A stretch of DNA of 64,000 nucleotides from an uncultured delta proteobacterium (GTDB lineage: Bacteria > Myxococcota_A > Polyangia > Fen-1088). The stretch covers positions 128,001 to 192,000 of the forward strand of contig CAVWIP010000014.1 of the NCBI GenBank assembly GCA_963755125.1, written 5' to 3'. The position numbers were made by a program, and so were the translations under genes. Positions within the stretch are counted from its first letter, which is position 1. Every line of letters begins with the position of its first letter. This document shows positions 38,017 to 48,336 of the stretch, piece after piece. Under the pieces are notes generated by a model, which saw only the letters and a program-made list of their open reading frames with translations, did not search any database and had not been told where the DNA came from.

Positions 38017-38403
38017 TCAGGTGTTGTCTGCAGCTCCATTAGATGCTGCGCCCTCGACCGGCAGCTCGGGGGAGGCATTCGCCCTGGATCCATGCGACTT
38101 GCGCTTCCGGGACTGCGCTTTCTCCTCAGCGAGGGCGATAACCGCGTCGGCTCGCTCTCCGCGTTTCTGCCTAGCGACGTACCATTCGTCCAAGAGCGTC
38201 TCGATGAGAGTCAGAAATTTCTGGGCCTCGGCCGGTTCGACATCGACTACAAGGTTCACGTCTTTTTCCATATGGGCACCTATGTTCCCTACCTTCCTCA
38301 CAGCGTCGATGGCTTTCCATGTAGTCGAGTCAACCCTGGTCTCCAGGGCCTTGATAGCCGAATCCCGACCACAGTATGGGCAAGTGTAGGGCAGGCGTGC
38401 CAT
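38017..38403 (-). pseudogene. Short or internally deleted DUF4145-like (HEPN) gene
   Basis: YTCPYC N-terminus joined directly to AIDAVRKVGNIGAH...LDEWYVAR; lower GC than neighbours. Confidence 0.6.
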
Positions 38404-38493
38404 GCTTGGCATCGTATCACCGCCACGGAATCCCGTCTTGTCAACCTGTGCGGGGCCTTTGACTGATACACATTACCATGCCAATCTTTACAC

Positions 38494-38700
38494 ATGCGCA
38501 CCAACATCGTCATCGACGACACTTTGATGCGGGAGGCACTGGCCGCCAGCGGACTTCCCAGCAAGCGGGCGGTGGTTGAAGCTGGGCTGCGCAGCCTGGT
38601 GTCGCTGCATCGCCAGGCCGGCGTGCGCCGTCTGCGCGGCCGGGTCAAGTGGACGGGCGATCTGGCCAAGCTGCGCACCGGGCGAACCTCGCACAGGTAA
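38494..38700 (+). CDS. vapB: VapB-family antitoxin
   Basis: MRTNIVIDDTLM...SKRAVVEAGL...WTGDLAKLR; directly upstream of a PIN gene. Confidence 0.88.
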   Translation: MRTNIVIDDTLMREALAASGLPSKRAVVEAGLRSLVSLHRQAGVRRLRGRVKWTGDLAKLRTGRTSHR

Positions 38701-38703
38701 CCC

Positions 38704-39099
38704 GTGGTTATCGTCGACACCACGGTCTGGATCGACTACTTCCGTGGTCGGCGGACGGCACAGACCCGGTGGTTGGACCAGATTCTCGGCGTGACCCGTG
38801 TGGGGTTGTGCGACCTCATCTTGTGCGAGATCCTGCAGGGGATGCCCAGCGATGCGGATGCGGCTGCCGTGCTGGCGCAGATGTCATCGTTCGACCTGCT
38901 CGACACAGGCGGCATGGACCTGGCCGTCGAGTCAGCGCGCAACTATCGCCGACTGCGGGCGCGGGGCCACACGGTCAGAAGGACTATTGATTGTCTCATC
39001 GCCACCCTGTGTCTGCGCGAGGGCCACGAGTTGCTGCACAACGATCGCGACTTCGACCCGTTCGAGGCCATGCTGGGCCTACGGGTGATTCACCCCTGA
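38704..39099 (+). CDS. vapC: VapC PIN-domain toxin
   Basis: IVDTTVWID, EILQG, TIDCLIA and HNDRDF. Confidence 0.92.
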   Translation: MVIVDTTVWIDYFRGRRTAQTRWLDQILGVTRVGLCDLILCEILQGMPSDADAAAVLAQMSSFDLLDTGGMDLAVESARNYRRLRARGHTVRRTIDCLIATLCLREGHELLHNDRDFDPFEAMLGLRVIHP

Positions 39100-40925
39100 A
39101 CCTGGCAAGCAAGCCCGTCGCATGCGGCTCCGCTGTCGGCCACCAGGACTCGGCCTATCGGGCTGTCGGCTGGAAACACGGTGAGACCTTTCAGCCCCGC
39201 TGCGTGGGCGCGTTCAAACAAGCGGAGCACGCTTTTGAAATCGTAGCCCGGCGGAAGATTCACGGTCTTCGAGATGGCTGCGTCGACATACGGCTGTAGA
39301 GCAGCCTGCATTTCCAGGTGCGCTTCGGGCGCCATGCTCGAGGCGTCGACCATCGCCCCGGGTGGCCCGGCGTCGAAGCCGGCGGTTGATTCAAACAGCG
39401 CGACGGCATAGTCGGTGAGTTCCAGGGTCTCGGGCGGCCGGTCGAGCCGGTGCACCAGGCGCTGGTAGCGCGGCCGGAAGATGGGCTCGATGCCGCTCGA
39501 CACGTTGCCGGCCAGCAGGCTGATGGTGCCGGCGGGCGCCACCGCGAGCAGATGGCCGTTGCGAATTCCGTCGCTGCGGATGAGCAGTTGCAGATGCTCT
39601 GGCAGGGCCGCCACAAAGGGCGACAGCAAGAAGCGATCCGCGTCGAGTGCCGGAAACGCGCCCCGCTCGCGCGCCAGATCGATGGACGCGCGATAGGCGG
39701 CGTGGGCGACCGCGCACATGATCGCGGCCGCGGCCTGGCGGGCCTCCTCGCTGTCGTAGCGTTTCCCCAGCATCAACAGCGCATCCGCCAGACCGGTCAC
39801 GCCCAGGCCCAGCCGCCGCGTGGCGCGCGCTTCGGCGGCCTGCTCGGGCAGGGGAAAGTGCGAAATATCTATCACGTCGTCGAGAAAACGCACCGCCAGG
39901 CTGGTGGTGGACGCCAGCGCGTCGAAGTCGAAGACCGCGCGGGGCGTGAACGGCTGCCTGACGAAGCGGGGCAGGACCAGCGAGCCCAGGTTGCAGGCGC
40001 CGTAAGGAGGCAGGGGAAGCTCGCCGCAGGGATTGGTCGCGGTGATGCGCTCGCGGTACCAGAGATTGTTCCACTGATTCACGCGGTCGACGAAGACCAC
40101 GCCCGGCTCGCCACTTTCGTGGGCGGCGCGCACGATGCGCTGCCACAGGTCGCGCGCGCGTACGCGGCGCCACACCCGGCAGGCCACCGGCCCGCTGCTG
40201 CCCGTCCATGCGCGCATCTCGACGGGGCCGTCGCCGTCCTCCAGACCATCGGCGGGAAAAACCAGCGCGAAGTCGCGGTCGGCTGCCACCGCGTTCATGA
40301 ATTCGTCGCTCACCTGCACGGACAGATTGAAGCTGGCCAGGGCACCGCCGCCGCGTTTGGCATCGATGTACTCCTCGATGTCCGGATGATCGCAGCGGAG
40401 AGTGGCCATCATGGCGCCCCGTCGCTCGCTGGTGTTCTGCAGGGTGGCGCACATGGTGTCCCACACACGCATGAAGGACACCGGACCGGTGGCCACCTGC
40501 CCGGTGGAGAGAGCGCGCGCCCCGCGCGGCCGCAAGGTGGAAAAGTCCGTGCCCACGCCGCCGCCCTGTTGCATGGTGACCGCGCCTTCCTGCAGGGCAC
40601 TGAAGATCCCTTCCATTGAATCCTGCACCACGCCCATGACGAAGCAGTTGAACAGGGTCACGCGCCGGGAAGTGCCGGCACCGGCCAGGATGCGGCCGCC
40701 AGGCAGAAATCCGTGGCTGAACAGCAGCGCCTCGAATCGGCCGGCCCACTCTGCATCGAGTTCGGCCTGGGCCACGGCCCGCGCCACCCGACGAAAGGTG
40801 TCGGCCAGGGTGGCATCGCTGCCTTCCAGTCGATAGCGCAGTTCCCAGATGCGCTGCGAGATTGGAGGCAACGTCTCGCCGGCTGGCTCGCCCGTCGGAT
40901 CCTGACTCTGGCCGTGGCTTGTCAT
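39090..40925 (-). CDS. nrdJ: Class II (adenosylcobalamin) ribonucleotide reductase
   Basis: PGGRILAGAG, LFNCFV, TNPCGELPL, ACNLGS, APAGTIS and AISKTVN; C-terminal Cys pair. Start taken at ATG 40925 rather than 42059. Confidence 0.9.
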   Translation of the reverse strand: MTSHGQSQDPTGEPAGETLPPISQRIWELRYRLEGSDATLADTFRRVARAVAQAELDAEWAGRFEALLFSHGFLPGGRILAGAGTSRRVTLFNCFVMGVVQDSMEGIFSALQEGAVTMQQGGGVGTDFSTLRPRGARALSTGQVATGPVSFMRVWDTMCATLQNTSERRGAMMATLRCDHPDIEEYIDAKRGGGALASFNLSVQVSDEFMNAVAADRDFALVFPADGLEDGDGPVEMRAWTGSSGPVACRVWRRVRARDLWQRIVRAAHESGEPGVVFVDRVNQWNNLWYRERITATNPCGELPLPPYGACNLGSLVLPRFVRQPFTPRAVFDFDALASTTSLAVRFLDDVIDISHFPLPEQAAEARATRRLGLGVTGLADALLMLGKRYDSEEARQAAAAIMCAVAHAAYRASIDLARERGAFPALDADRFLLSPFVAALPEHLQLLIRSDGIRNGHLLAVAPAGTISLLAGNVSSGIEPIFRPRYQRLVHRLDRPPETLELTDYAVALFESTAGFDAGPPGAMVDASSMAPEAHLEMQAALQPYVDAAISKTVNLPPGYDFKSVLRLFERAHAAGLKGLTVFPADSPIGRVLVADSGAACDGLACQVQG

Positions 40926-41072
40926 GTCTTGCCGTCCGCTCCCACCGCAGCAAGCATACCGCGTCCGAAGCCATCTCGTAGGTCGCCATGAGCCACTTGA
41001 CGGCGACGCGGCAACAAGTGAAGTTGAGGCGCCGGTGCCATCCAGTCGCGGCGCCCAGGGAGCAGCCCGAGC

Positions 41073-42434
41073 TTGCCATCCGACAACCATCACGATTTCG
41101 TCATCCTCGGCGGGGGAATGGCAGGCTTGACCTTTGCGCTGGAAGCCAGCCGGCGTGGCCGGCGGGTCGTGCTGCTGGAAAGTGAAGATCAGGTTGGCGG
41201 CCTGGCGCGCACCCTGCGTTTCGGCGAGTTCCGCTTCGACATTGGCGGTCACCGCTTCCACAGCGGATGGCCCGAGATCACGCAGTGGGTGCTGGACGTG
41301 CTGGACGGCGACGCGCGTGAGGTGCCTCGGCGCAGCCGCATCCGGCTCGACGGCCGCTTCGTGGACTACCCGCTGCGCTTTCCCAACGCCTTGGCCGCGT
41401 TCAATCCATGGCAGGTCACGCGCATCCTGGCCAGCTATTTCTGGGCGACGCTGATGCGGCTGCGCGAGCGGCCCGATGTTTCCTTCGAGGACTGGATCGT
41501 GCGGCGTTTCGGGCGCTCGCTCTACAACATCTACTTCAAGCCCTACACCGAGAAGGTCTGGGGTTTTCCCTGCGCCGACCTGTCTGCTGACTGGGCCGCG
41601 CAGCGCATTCGTCTGCCCAGCCTGCGCGCCGCCGTGGTGGGGAGCATGCTGCGACGGGGGCCGGCGCCGTCCACGCTGGTATCGCAGTTCCTGTATCCGC
41701 CGCAGGGTATCGGCGTTCTGCCCGAGCGCATTGCGGAGAAGGCGCGGCAGACTGGCCTGGCGACCATCCGCCTCGGCAACCGAGTCACCCGCGCGGAGCC
41801 CGACGGCGCCGGCTGGCGAGTGATGTTCCGCGGGCCCGCGGGCGAGGCGGCAGTCAGCGGTGCGAAGCTGGTGTCCACGATTCCCCTGGAGGCGCTGCTG
41901 GGCATGTTGCCCATGTCCGAGGCGGAAGCCGACGTGCTGTCCACCGGGCTGCCCTACCGCAGCCTGGCTTGCGTGTTCCTGGCGGCCGACGGTCCGCGCA
42001 TCAGCGACGACACCTGGACCTATTTCCCGGATCGCCACCTGGTATTTGGGCGCACGCACGAGCCGGGCAACTGGAGCCCCGGCATGGTGCCCGAGGGCAA
42101 GACCTCGTTGTGCGTCGAGATTTTTTGTTCACAGGGCGACGAGGTGTGGCGCCGGCGCGACCAAGATGTGATTGAGCCGGTGCTGGCGGACCTGGATCGT
42201 TTGCGTTTCTTGCCGCGCGGTCGGGTGCGCGACGCGTGGCTGCTGCGCGTGTCGCACGCCTATCCCGTGTACCGCGTGGGCTACGCGGAGCACCGATCGC
42301 GCGTCAGTTCAGCACTCTCCCGCTGGCCAAGCCTGCACCTTCTCGGCCGGACCGGGACGTTCCGCTACCTCAACCTCGATGCGGTGATCCGCGAAGGCTT
42401 GGACTTGGCGGGATCGCTGTGCCAAGGCCCATGA
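41073..42434 (+). CDS. FAD-dependent oxidoreductase (HemY / UDP-galactopyranose mutase-like family)
   Basis: ILGGGMAGL, VGGLART, FDIGGHRF, YTEKVWG, HAYPVY and GRTGTFRY. Confidence 0.82.
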   Translation: MPSDNHHDFVILGGGMAGLTFALEASRRGRRVVLLESEDQVGGLARTLRFGEFRFDIGGHRFHSGWPEITQWVLDVLDGDAREVPRRSRIRLDGRFVDYPLRFPNALAAFNPWQVTRILASYFWATLMRLRERPDVSFEDWIVRRFGRSLYNIYFKPYTEKVWGFPCADLSADWAAQRIRLPSLRAAVVGSMLRRGPAPSTLVSQFLYPPQGIGVLPERIAEKARQTGLATIRLGNRVTRAEPDGAGWRVMFRGPAGEAAVSGAKLVSTIPLEALLGMLPMSEAEADVLSTGLPYRSLACVFLAADGPRISDDTWTYFPDRHLVFGRTHEPGNWSPGMVPEGKTSLCVEIFCSQGDEVWRRRDQDVIEPVLADLDRLRFLPRGRVRDAWLLRVSHAYPVYRVGYAEHRSRVSSALSRWPSLHLLGRTGTFRYLNLDAVIREGLDLAGSLCQGP

Positions 42435-43912
42435 TCGCGCGCGAGCAGACCGCGGTTCGCAACGTCGGCCTGCTGCTGGTGCTGCGCGGTCTGTTGATCG
42501 CCGGTGGCGTGGTGGTCGCCGCAGTGGTGCCGCGCCTGATGGGGCCCACCGGCTACGGCCAGGTTGCGCTGCTGGTGGCGTTGAGCTTCTGGTTCACGCT
42601 GACCGCCAGCTTGGGGTTCACCCAGGTGATCGGCCGCCACGTGCCCCAGTTTGGCCAGACGGGTGATGACGCTGGTCTGCGCGACTTCTTCGGGCGCCTG
42701 CTGGCCATCCGCCTGGTGGCAGGGTTGCTGGCAGCCGGGCTGTACCTGGCCGTCACCGCCACATGGCTGCGCGATCTGGATGCGCTGGCCATGGCCATTC
42801 TCGCGCTGGCCGTGTTCGTGCGCGCGCCGGCTGGCCTGTTCTTTTCTCTCTACCTGGGGCTCAACCAAGCGGCGCGCTGGGGTGTCGCGGATATCGTGCG
42901 GCAGTGGGGGACCTTGGCGTTCATGTTGCCTGGCTATCTTGTGGCCGGGTTGCGCGGCGCTGCTGCGGGCGTGCTGCTGGCCGAACTGGTGGTGCTGCTG
43001 GTGGGGATCATCGGGGCGCGCTGCTATCTGACCTGGGCGGCCTTTCGCATCGACCTGAACGGCATGGCGCCCTACCTGCGCTTTGGACTCATCTTCTACG
43101 TCAGCGATCTGGTTCTGGCAGCGTTCGAGCGCAGCGGCGAGGCCTTGGTGCGCGCCCGGTGCGGCGACTACGCCCAGGTGGGATTCTTCGGCGTGGGCTA
43201 CTCGGCCTATGTGACAGCGGCAGTGGGGATTCCGCAGATCGCGCTAGCGTTTGCCCCGCTTCTCACCGTGCTGCGGATGGAAGGCGACCGGGCCGCGGTT
43301 CGCCTGTGGATCGAGCGCTTGCTCAAGTGGCTGGCGCTGGGGAGCGTGACCGTGGTGCTGGCGGCTGTGCTGGTCGGTGGCGATCTCGTGCCCCGGATAC
43401 TGGGCGCCGTGTATCGGCCGGTGTCCGCGAACCTGATCTTGCTGGCCATCGGCCTGGTGGCACTGTCGCTGACCAGTGTGGCCAATCTGTCGGCGCTGAC
43501 CCACGATCGGCCAGCGGTGGCCCTGGTTGCGGCTGTGTTGCGACTGGGAAGCTTCTGGTTGCTCGGCCTGTCGTTTGTCGGCCGCTGGGGAAGCTGGGGC
43601 GCGAGCCTGGCCGTGCTGGGCGCCGTGGCCGCGCAGGCCGGGTTCTTCACCTGGCGCATGCGACGGGTGGTGGGCTATTCGCTGCGCACTTGGCTTTGGG
43701 TGGTGGGACTGGGCGCGATCTTCCTGCCGCTCGCGCTGCTGCGATCATCGCCCGCGGTCAATGCCTCCTTGTTCGGCGCGTTCGTGGTGGGCTACGGCGG
43801 TCTGCTCTTCTTGCTTCGCCTGGTCACCCCGGGCGAGTTGGGTGTCATGTGGCGAGCGGTGGTGGGCGTGCCCGGGTCGAGCCTGGCGGCATCCGACGGA
43901 GAGACGCGGTGA
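42431..43912 (+). CDS. Wzx/MOP-family polysaccharide flippase-like protein
   Basis: About 12-14 hydrophobic segments; RLMGPTGYG and QVGFF repeat pattern; ATGA overlap. Confidence 0.8.
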   Translation: MIAREQTAVRNVGLLLVLRGLLIAGGVVVAAVVPRLMGPTGYGQVALLVALSFWFTLTASLGFTQVIGRHVPQFGQTGDDAGLRDFFGRLLAIRLVAGLLAAGLYLAVTATWLRDLDALAMAILALAVFVRAPAGLFFSLYLGLNQAARWGVADIVRQWGTLAFMLPGYLVAGLRGAAAGVLLAELVVLLVGIIGARCYLTWAAFRIDLNGMAPYLRFGLIFYVSDLVLAAFERSGEALVRARCGDYAQVGFFGVGYSAYVTAAVGIPQIALAFAPLLTVLRMEGDRAAVRLWIERLLKWLALGSVTVVLAAVLVGGDLVPRILGAVYRPVSANLILLAIGLVALSLTSVANLSALTHDRPAVALVAAVLRLGSFWLLGLSFVGRWGSWGASLAVLGAVAAQAGFFTWRMRRVVGYSLRTWLWVVGLGAIFLPLALLRSSPAVNASLFGAFVVGYGGLLFLLRLVTPGELGVMWRAVVGVPGSSLAASDGETR

Positions 43913-44976
43913 TGCCGACGGCGGCGTCTGGACAGCAGGGGATGCGGCTGTCGGTCATCGTTCCGGTCCACAACGGCGGCGAAGGTCTGCGGCGCTGTCT
44001 GCAGGGCCTGGCGGCCTCGACCCGCCCGCCCGACGAGGTCATCGCGGTTGACGACGGTTCGACCGATGCTTCGGCTGCGGACGCGGCTGCACTGGGCGCG
44101 CGGGTGCTGACCACAGGGACCGGCCCGCGCGGTCCGGCGTTCGCGCGCAACCGCGGGGCCGAGGCGGCCAGCGGCGACGGGCTGGTATTCATCGACGCCG
44201 ACGTGGTTGTGCATGCGGATACCCTGGCCCGCATGGAGGCGGTTTTTCTCGGCGAGCCCGACGTGGCGGCGCTCTTCGGCAGCTACGACGACGATCCCCC
44301 GGAGCGCAGCGCTGCCAGTCTCTACAAGAATCTGCTGCACCACTATGTGCACCAGCATGGCGAGCGCGAGGCCGGCACGTTCTGGGCCGGCTGCGGCGCT
44401 ATCCGGCGCCCGGTGTTCTTGGCTGCCGGCGGATTCGACGAGGGCTACACCCGGCCCAGCATCGAGGACATCGAGCTGGGCGTGCGCCTGCGGCAGGCCG
44501 GCCACCGCATCCGTCTCTGCCCCGAGATCCAGGCGACCCACCTCAAACGGTGGACTCCGAGCAGCCTCTGGCGCACCGACATCTTCGCCCGCGCGATTCC
44601 CTGGACGCGGCTCATTCTGCGCCAGGGGCGCTTGTTCTCCGATCTTAACCTCGACTGGCGCAGCCGCCTGAGTGCTCTGACGGTGTGGGCGTTGCTCGCC
44701 TGCGCGCTGCTCGTTCCTGTGCTCGCGCTTGTCGGGCCCGCCCGGATGGCGGCGTGGCCGGCGCTGGGTGGTTTGCTCTCAGCCGCGGGAACGGCGGCGC
44801 TCAACGCCGACCTCTACGCATTCTTTCTCCGGCGCGGCGGCGTGCGCTTCGCCTTGGTCGCGGCGGCGCTGCACGCGGGCTACCTGCTCTACAGCAGCCT
44901 GGTGTTCGCCAGCCTGTTGGTCAGCCAGCGATTGCGCGGTAGTGTGCGGCGTCCTCGTGAGCCGACCATCACATAA
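43912..44976 (+). CDS. GT2 glycosyltransferase with C-terminal TM helices
   Basis: SVIVPVHN, VDDGSTD, ARNRG, FIDAD and IEDIELG. Confidence 0.9.
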   Translation: MPTAASGQQGMRLSVIVPVHNGGEGLRRCLQGLAASTRPPDEVIAVDDGSTDASAADAAALGARVLTTGTGPRGPAFARNRGAEAASGDGLVFIDADVVVHADTLARMEAVFLGEPDVAALFGSYDDDPPERSAASLYKNLLHHYVHQHGEREAGTFWAGCGAIRRPVFLAAGGFDEGYTRPSIEDIELGVRLRQAGHRIRLCPEIQATHLKRWTPSSLWRTDIFARAIPWTRLILRQGRLFSDLNLDWRSRLSALTVWALLACALLVPVLALVGPARMAAWPALGGLLSAAGTAALNADLYAFFLRRGGVRFALVAAALHAGYLLYSSLVFASLLVSQRLRGSVRRPREPTIT

Positions 44977-45004
44977 GCGTGCGCAAGGTCGTCGCGGGTC
45001 GTCC

Positions 45005-46678
45005 TTGGAACCCCTGGCGCGCTCAGCGGCTGGCGGAAGTCGCGTGCGGGCGGCGCTGGCCCGCACCCGCGTGCAGGCGGCTCTGATCTTCCTGCTGCTG
45101 CTCGCCGCGTATCTGGCTAACGGTGATGTTCTGGTCGGTAACGACGCCGTAGCCAATGTGCGCATGGCCGGCAAGCTGGTCAGCAAACACAGGCTTGTCT
45201 TCACGCCCGAAGAAGATCCCTTCATGTTCGAGTGGCATCTGAAGACGCCCCAGGGTGAGCGGCATGCGCTGTTTCGCTCGTGGCGCTCCAGCCTGAACGG
45301 AGAGCCGATCCGGCGCGTGTACGAGCGCGGCGATTTGAGCGCGCCGGACCCGTACTACTACTTGATGAAGACACGCACTCCGGGTGTTTACGCCAACCGG
45401 TACGGGTTCGGCGCCAGCTTGGTTGCCGTGCCATTCGTCGCGGCGGTGTATCCGTTTGCTCGCGATCTCTACGACCGGCCCTCGGCGGACATTCTCTGGT
45501 TCACCAGCAAGGTCGCGGTGTCCTGTGCCGTGGCGGCCAGCGCGGTGCTGCTTTTTCTGGCTGCCTTGGCTTTCCTGCGGCCCGGGACGGCAGCCTGGCT
45601 GGCGCTGGCGTACGGCCTGGGCACTTGCGTGTGGAGTTCCAGCAGCCAGACACTGTGGCAGCACGGCCCGATGGAGTTCTTCCTGGCCCTGGGAACCTAT
45701 TTCCTGCTGCAGCGGCAGCGTCCGCGCGCTGCGTACTGGGTGGGATTGAGCTACGCCATGGCTTTTGCCTGCCGGCCGACCGCGGCGATTGTCGTGGCGG
45801 CTGCTTGCATCTACTACCTGATGGTCGACCGGCGGGCGTTGCTTCTCTGTGTGGCTGGCGGCCTGCCGGTGGCGCTGCTGCTGGCGGCGTACAACCTGCA
45901 CCTCTTCGGCACGCTGCTGGTTTTTGGCCAGGTGGACGTGGGTGGGGGCGCGACGGGCAGCGCGCAGATACCGGCAGCGGTTCCGCTGATTCCGGTGGCC
46001 ATGGCAGCCCCTGTGGGCACGGCCGGCCGCTACTTCCACACATCGCTGCTGCGAGGGATCGGCGGGATCCTGGTCAGTCCCTCGCGCGGGCTACTCGTGT
46101 TCTCGCCCGTGGTGATCGCCGCCTTCTGGGGGTTGCTGCGCGTCTTCCGCGACAGGCGCTTCTCGGCCCTGCGACCAGTGGGCCTGGCGGCTGTGGCCCT
46201 GTGTCTGCTGGTGGCGCGCTGGACCGGGTGGTGGGGAGGCTGGTGTTACGGGCCTCGTCTGCTGACGGATGCCGTGACGTTGCTGGCCTTCCTGGCCATC
46301 CCGGTTGCGCAGGAGATTCGCAACCGCCGCGTGCTGGCCGCGACGTTCGGCATCTGCCTGGCCTGGGCGGTGGCGGTACAGATCGTGGGTGCGTTCGCCT
46401 ACGACGTGGTGGGGTGGAACGACCGTACGCTTTTTGCGGTCAAGCTGCCGGAGAGCGAAAGGTTACTCTTGTTCACCGACCTGGACGAGGCCCGGCGCGA
46501 GACATGGGCCAGGGGCGGATCGATCGAGGAGCGAAGGGTCGATGTCAACCTGTGGCAGGGACAACCTCGTCTGTGGTCAATCCGCGACAGCCAGATTCTC
46601 TACTACGTCGAGCACTTTTTCGAAGCGCGCAAGCGCAAGCAGATCGCCACCCGGAAATTCCTGCTCGAGCGTGGTTAG
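45005..46678 (+). CDS. Polytopic membrane protein, GT-C (ArnT/PMT-like) glycosyltransferase candidate; start uncertain
   Basis: First TM followed by a GND loop; QTLWQHG, CRP, SPSRGL and WWGGWCYGPRLL motifs. Confidence 0.68.
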   Translation: MEPLARSAAGGSRVRAALARTRVQAALIFLLLLAAYLANGDVLVGNDAVANVRMAGKLVSKHRLVFTPEEDPFMFEWHLKTPQGERHALFRSWRSSLNGEPIRRVYERGDLSAPDPYYYLMKTRTPGVYANRYGFGASLVAVPFVAAVYPFARDLYDRPSADILWFTSKVAVSCAVAASAVLLFLAALAFLRPGTAAWLALAYGLGTCVWSSSSQTLWQHGPMEFFLALGTYFLLQRQRPRAAYWVGLSYAMAFACRPTAAIVVAAACIYYLMVDRRALLLCVAGGLPVALLLAAYNLHLFGTLLVFGQVDVGGGATGSAQIPAAVPLIPVAMAAPVGTAGRYFHTSLLRGIGGILVSPSRGLLVFSPVVIAAFWGLLRVFRDRRFSALRPVGLAAVALCLLVARWTGWWGGWCYGPRLLTDAVTLLAFLAIPVAQEIRNRRVLAATFGICLAWAVAVQIVGAFAYDVVGWNDRTLFAVKLPESERLLLFTDLDEARRETWARGGSIEERRVDVNLWQGQPRLWSIRDSQILYYVEHFFEARKRKQIATRKFLLERG

Positions 46679-47697
46679 TCCTTCTTGCGCAAGGATCTAC
46701 CAGGGAACGCCGGGGTGATGGTGCTGATATCCACACCCAGGGCCTGCAGGATGGTGGGCGTGATGTCCCGCTGCTCGCCCGCCGAAATCACCTGGGGATC
46801 GTTGCCGGCCAGGAAGATGTGGGTGGCCTTGCTGTGGTGGGTGGTTGCCACGTCAAAGCCGTGGTCGGCGGTCACGTACAGGGCGGTGCGGTCGTAGATT
46901 CCGTCGGTCTTGAGCTGGGCCACCAAGCGGCCCAGCCAGCCGTCGAGGGAGGACAGGGCGTCGTTGTATTCCTGGGAATCCTCGCCGAACTTGTGGCCGT
47001 TGACGTCGGCATCGCCAAAGTGGATGAAGAGGAAGAAGCGGCCCTTGGGGCCGAACTTGTCGATGACGGCAAGTGCCTTCTGTCCCACGGCGCGCGCGTC
47101 GCGGGGCAAGTCGCCGTCCCACGCCGTGAGGTTGCCCTTGACCAGGAAGAACGGCTGACCCAGCAGGTTCTGCTCACCGGCCAAGCGTATCTTCTCCACC
47201 CGGCGCGCCTGTTTTTCGTTCTCGTCGCTCGGCTGGTCGGAAACCGGGTTTGGCGCGTCTGCCTCGGTGGGAGGCTTGGGCGCGCCCGGGCCCAGACCCA
47301 TGGCCTTGCCGGTTACCATGATGGTGGCGATGTCCTTCTTGCCGAAAGCCTGCTGCAGCCGTTCGAAGATCGAGGTGCCGCGCGGGATGGGGCGGAAGCG
47401 GGTGTTGGAAAAGACGCCGGTGAAACTGGGATCGTAGCCGGTCAGCATCTGCGCGTGCCCGGACTTGGTGTCGGTGACGTGGCCGGTGACCTCGATGTCC
47501 ACCATGTTCCCTTCCTTAATCAGTTGCGCCAGGTTGGGCATCTGGTTGCGCTTCAGGCTGTCATTGATGTGTTCGCGCAAGGCCCCGTCCCACGAGATGA
47601 GAATGGCACTGCGCTGCCGGGGTGGCGTCGAAGCCTTGAACGCGGTGGCGCTGGCGAAAATGAGTAAGCCGAAGAGGAAACGGTTGCAACCGGACAT
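46675..47697 (-). CDS. Exported alkaline phosphatase superfamily (NPP-like) protein
   Basis: ISWDG, TKSGHAQMLTG, DADVNGH and TADHG metal ligands; signal peptide. Confidence 0.85.
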   Translation of the reverse strand: MSGCNRFLFGLLIFASATAFKASTPPRQRSAILISWDGALREHINDSLKRNQMPNLAQLIKEGNMVDIEVTGHVTDTKSGHAQMLTGYDPSFTGVFSNTRFRPIPRGTSIFERLQQAFGKKDIATIMVTGKAMGLGPGAPKPPTEADAPNPVSDQPSDENEKQARRVEKIRLAGEQNLLGQPFFLVKGNLTAWDGDLPRDARAVGQKALAVIDKFGPKGRFFLFIHFGDADVNGHKFGEDSQEYNDALSSLDGWLGRLVAQLKTDGIYDRTALYVTADHGFDVATTHHSKATHIFLAGNDPQVISAGEQRDITPTILQALGVDISTITPAFPGRSLRKKD

Positions 47698-47767
47698 CGT
47701 GGCGACCTTCTAGCACCGAAATGCTTCCGACTTGCACTTGCGCCTCGCTGGGCGTAGTCGTTTGTAC

Positions 47768-48298
47768 ATGACCAAGACACGAATGGCATTGACTCTTGCG
47801 GTAGCAATTTCAATCCTCGCGCCGTCGGCCTATGCGCTGGACCTGGGCGGCCTGGGCAAGAAGGCCGCGGGTGGCGCGGCCAGCGGAGCGCGCGACAAGG
47901 CGGTCAAGGACGTGAACGCCAAACTGCTCGCCGAGGGACGCAAGAACCAGTGCAGCTTCAAGACCGACAGCGACGAGCTTGCGCCTGGCTGCGACAAGAA
48001 GCTGAGGAAACTGGTCAACGCGCTGGTCGAGGCGAAGAAGCGGCTCAACCTGGCGGGCGTGACCAGCTTCAAGTTTGAAGTTTCCGGCCACACCGACTCG
48101 AGCGGCAAGCCGGAGCACAACAAGGAACTGTCGGGCAAGCGCGCTGCCGTGATCGAGCGCGAACTGCTGGCGCGCGGGATCGCCAAGAGCGAGATCGTGG
48201 CCATCGGCATGGGCTCGGAGCGCCCGCTGGTCACGCCCGACAACACGCCGGCCAAGAAGGCGAAGAACCGGCGCTACGAGATCCAGGTGCGCTTCTGA
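47768..48298 (+). CDS. OmpA C-terminal-like peptidoglycan-binding protein
   Basis: SGHTDSSG, NKELSGKRA and NRRYEI; signal peptide. Confidence 0.88.
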   Translation: MTKTRMALTLAVAISILAPSAYALDLGGLGKKAAGGAASGARDKAVKDVNAKLLAEGRKNQCSFKTDSDELAPGCDKKLRKLVNALVEAKKRLNLAGVTSFKFEVSGHTDSSGKPEHNKELSGKRAAVIERELLARGIAKSEIVAIGMGSERPLVTPDNTPAKKAKNRRYEIQVRF

Positions 48299-48336
48299 TC
48301 GGTTGCAGTGACGATATTGGTTTCTCCTTGCGTCCC

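Noticed and set aside
40926..41072. Cobalamin riboswitch or NrdR box upstream of nrdJ
   Set aside because: No B12-box or NrdR consensus is recognisable in the short divergent gap.
39090..42059. 989-aa RNR with a long novel N-terminal extension
   Set aside because: The extension is antisense to the 41073 flavoprotein gene; RNR similarity starts near ATG 40925.
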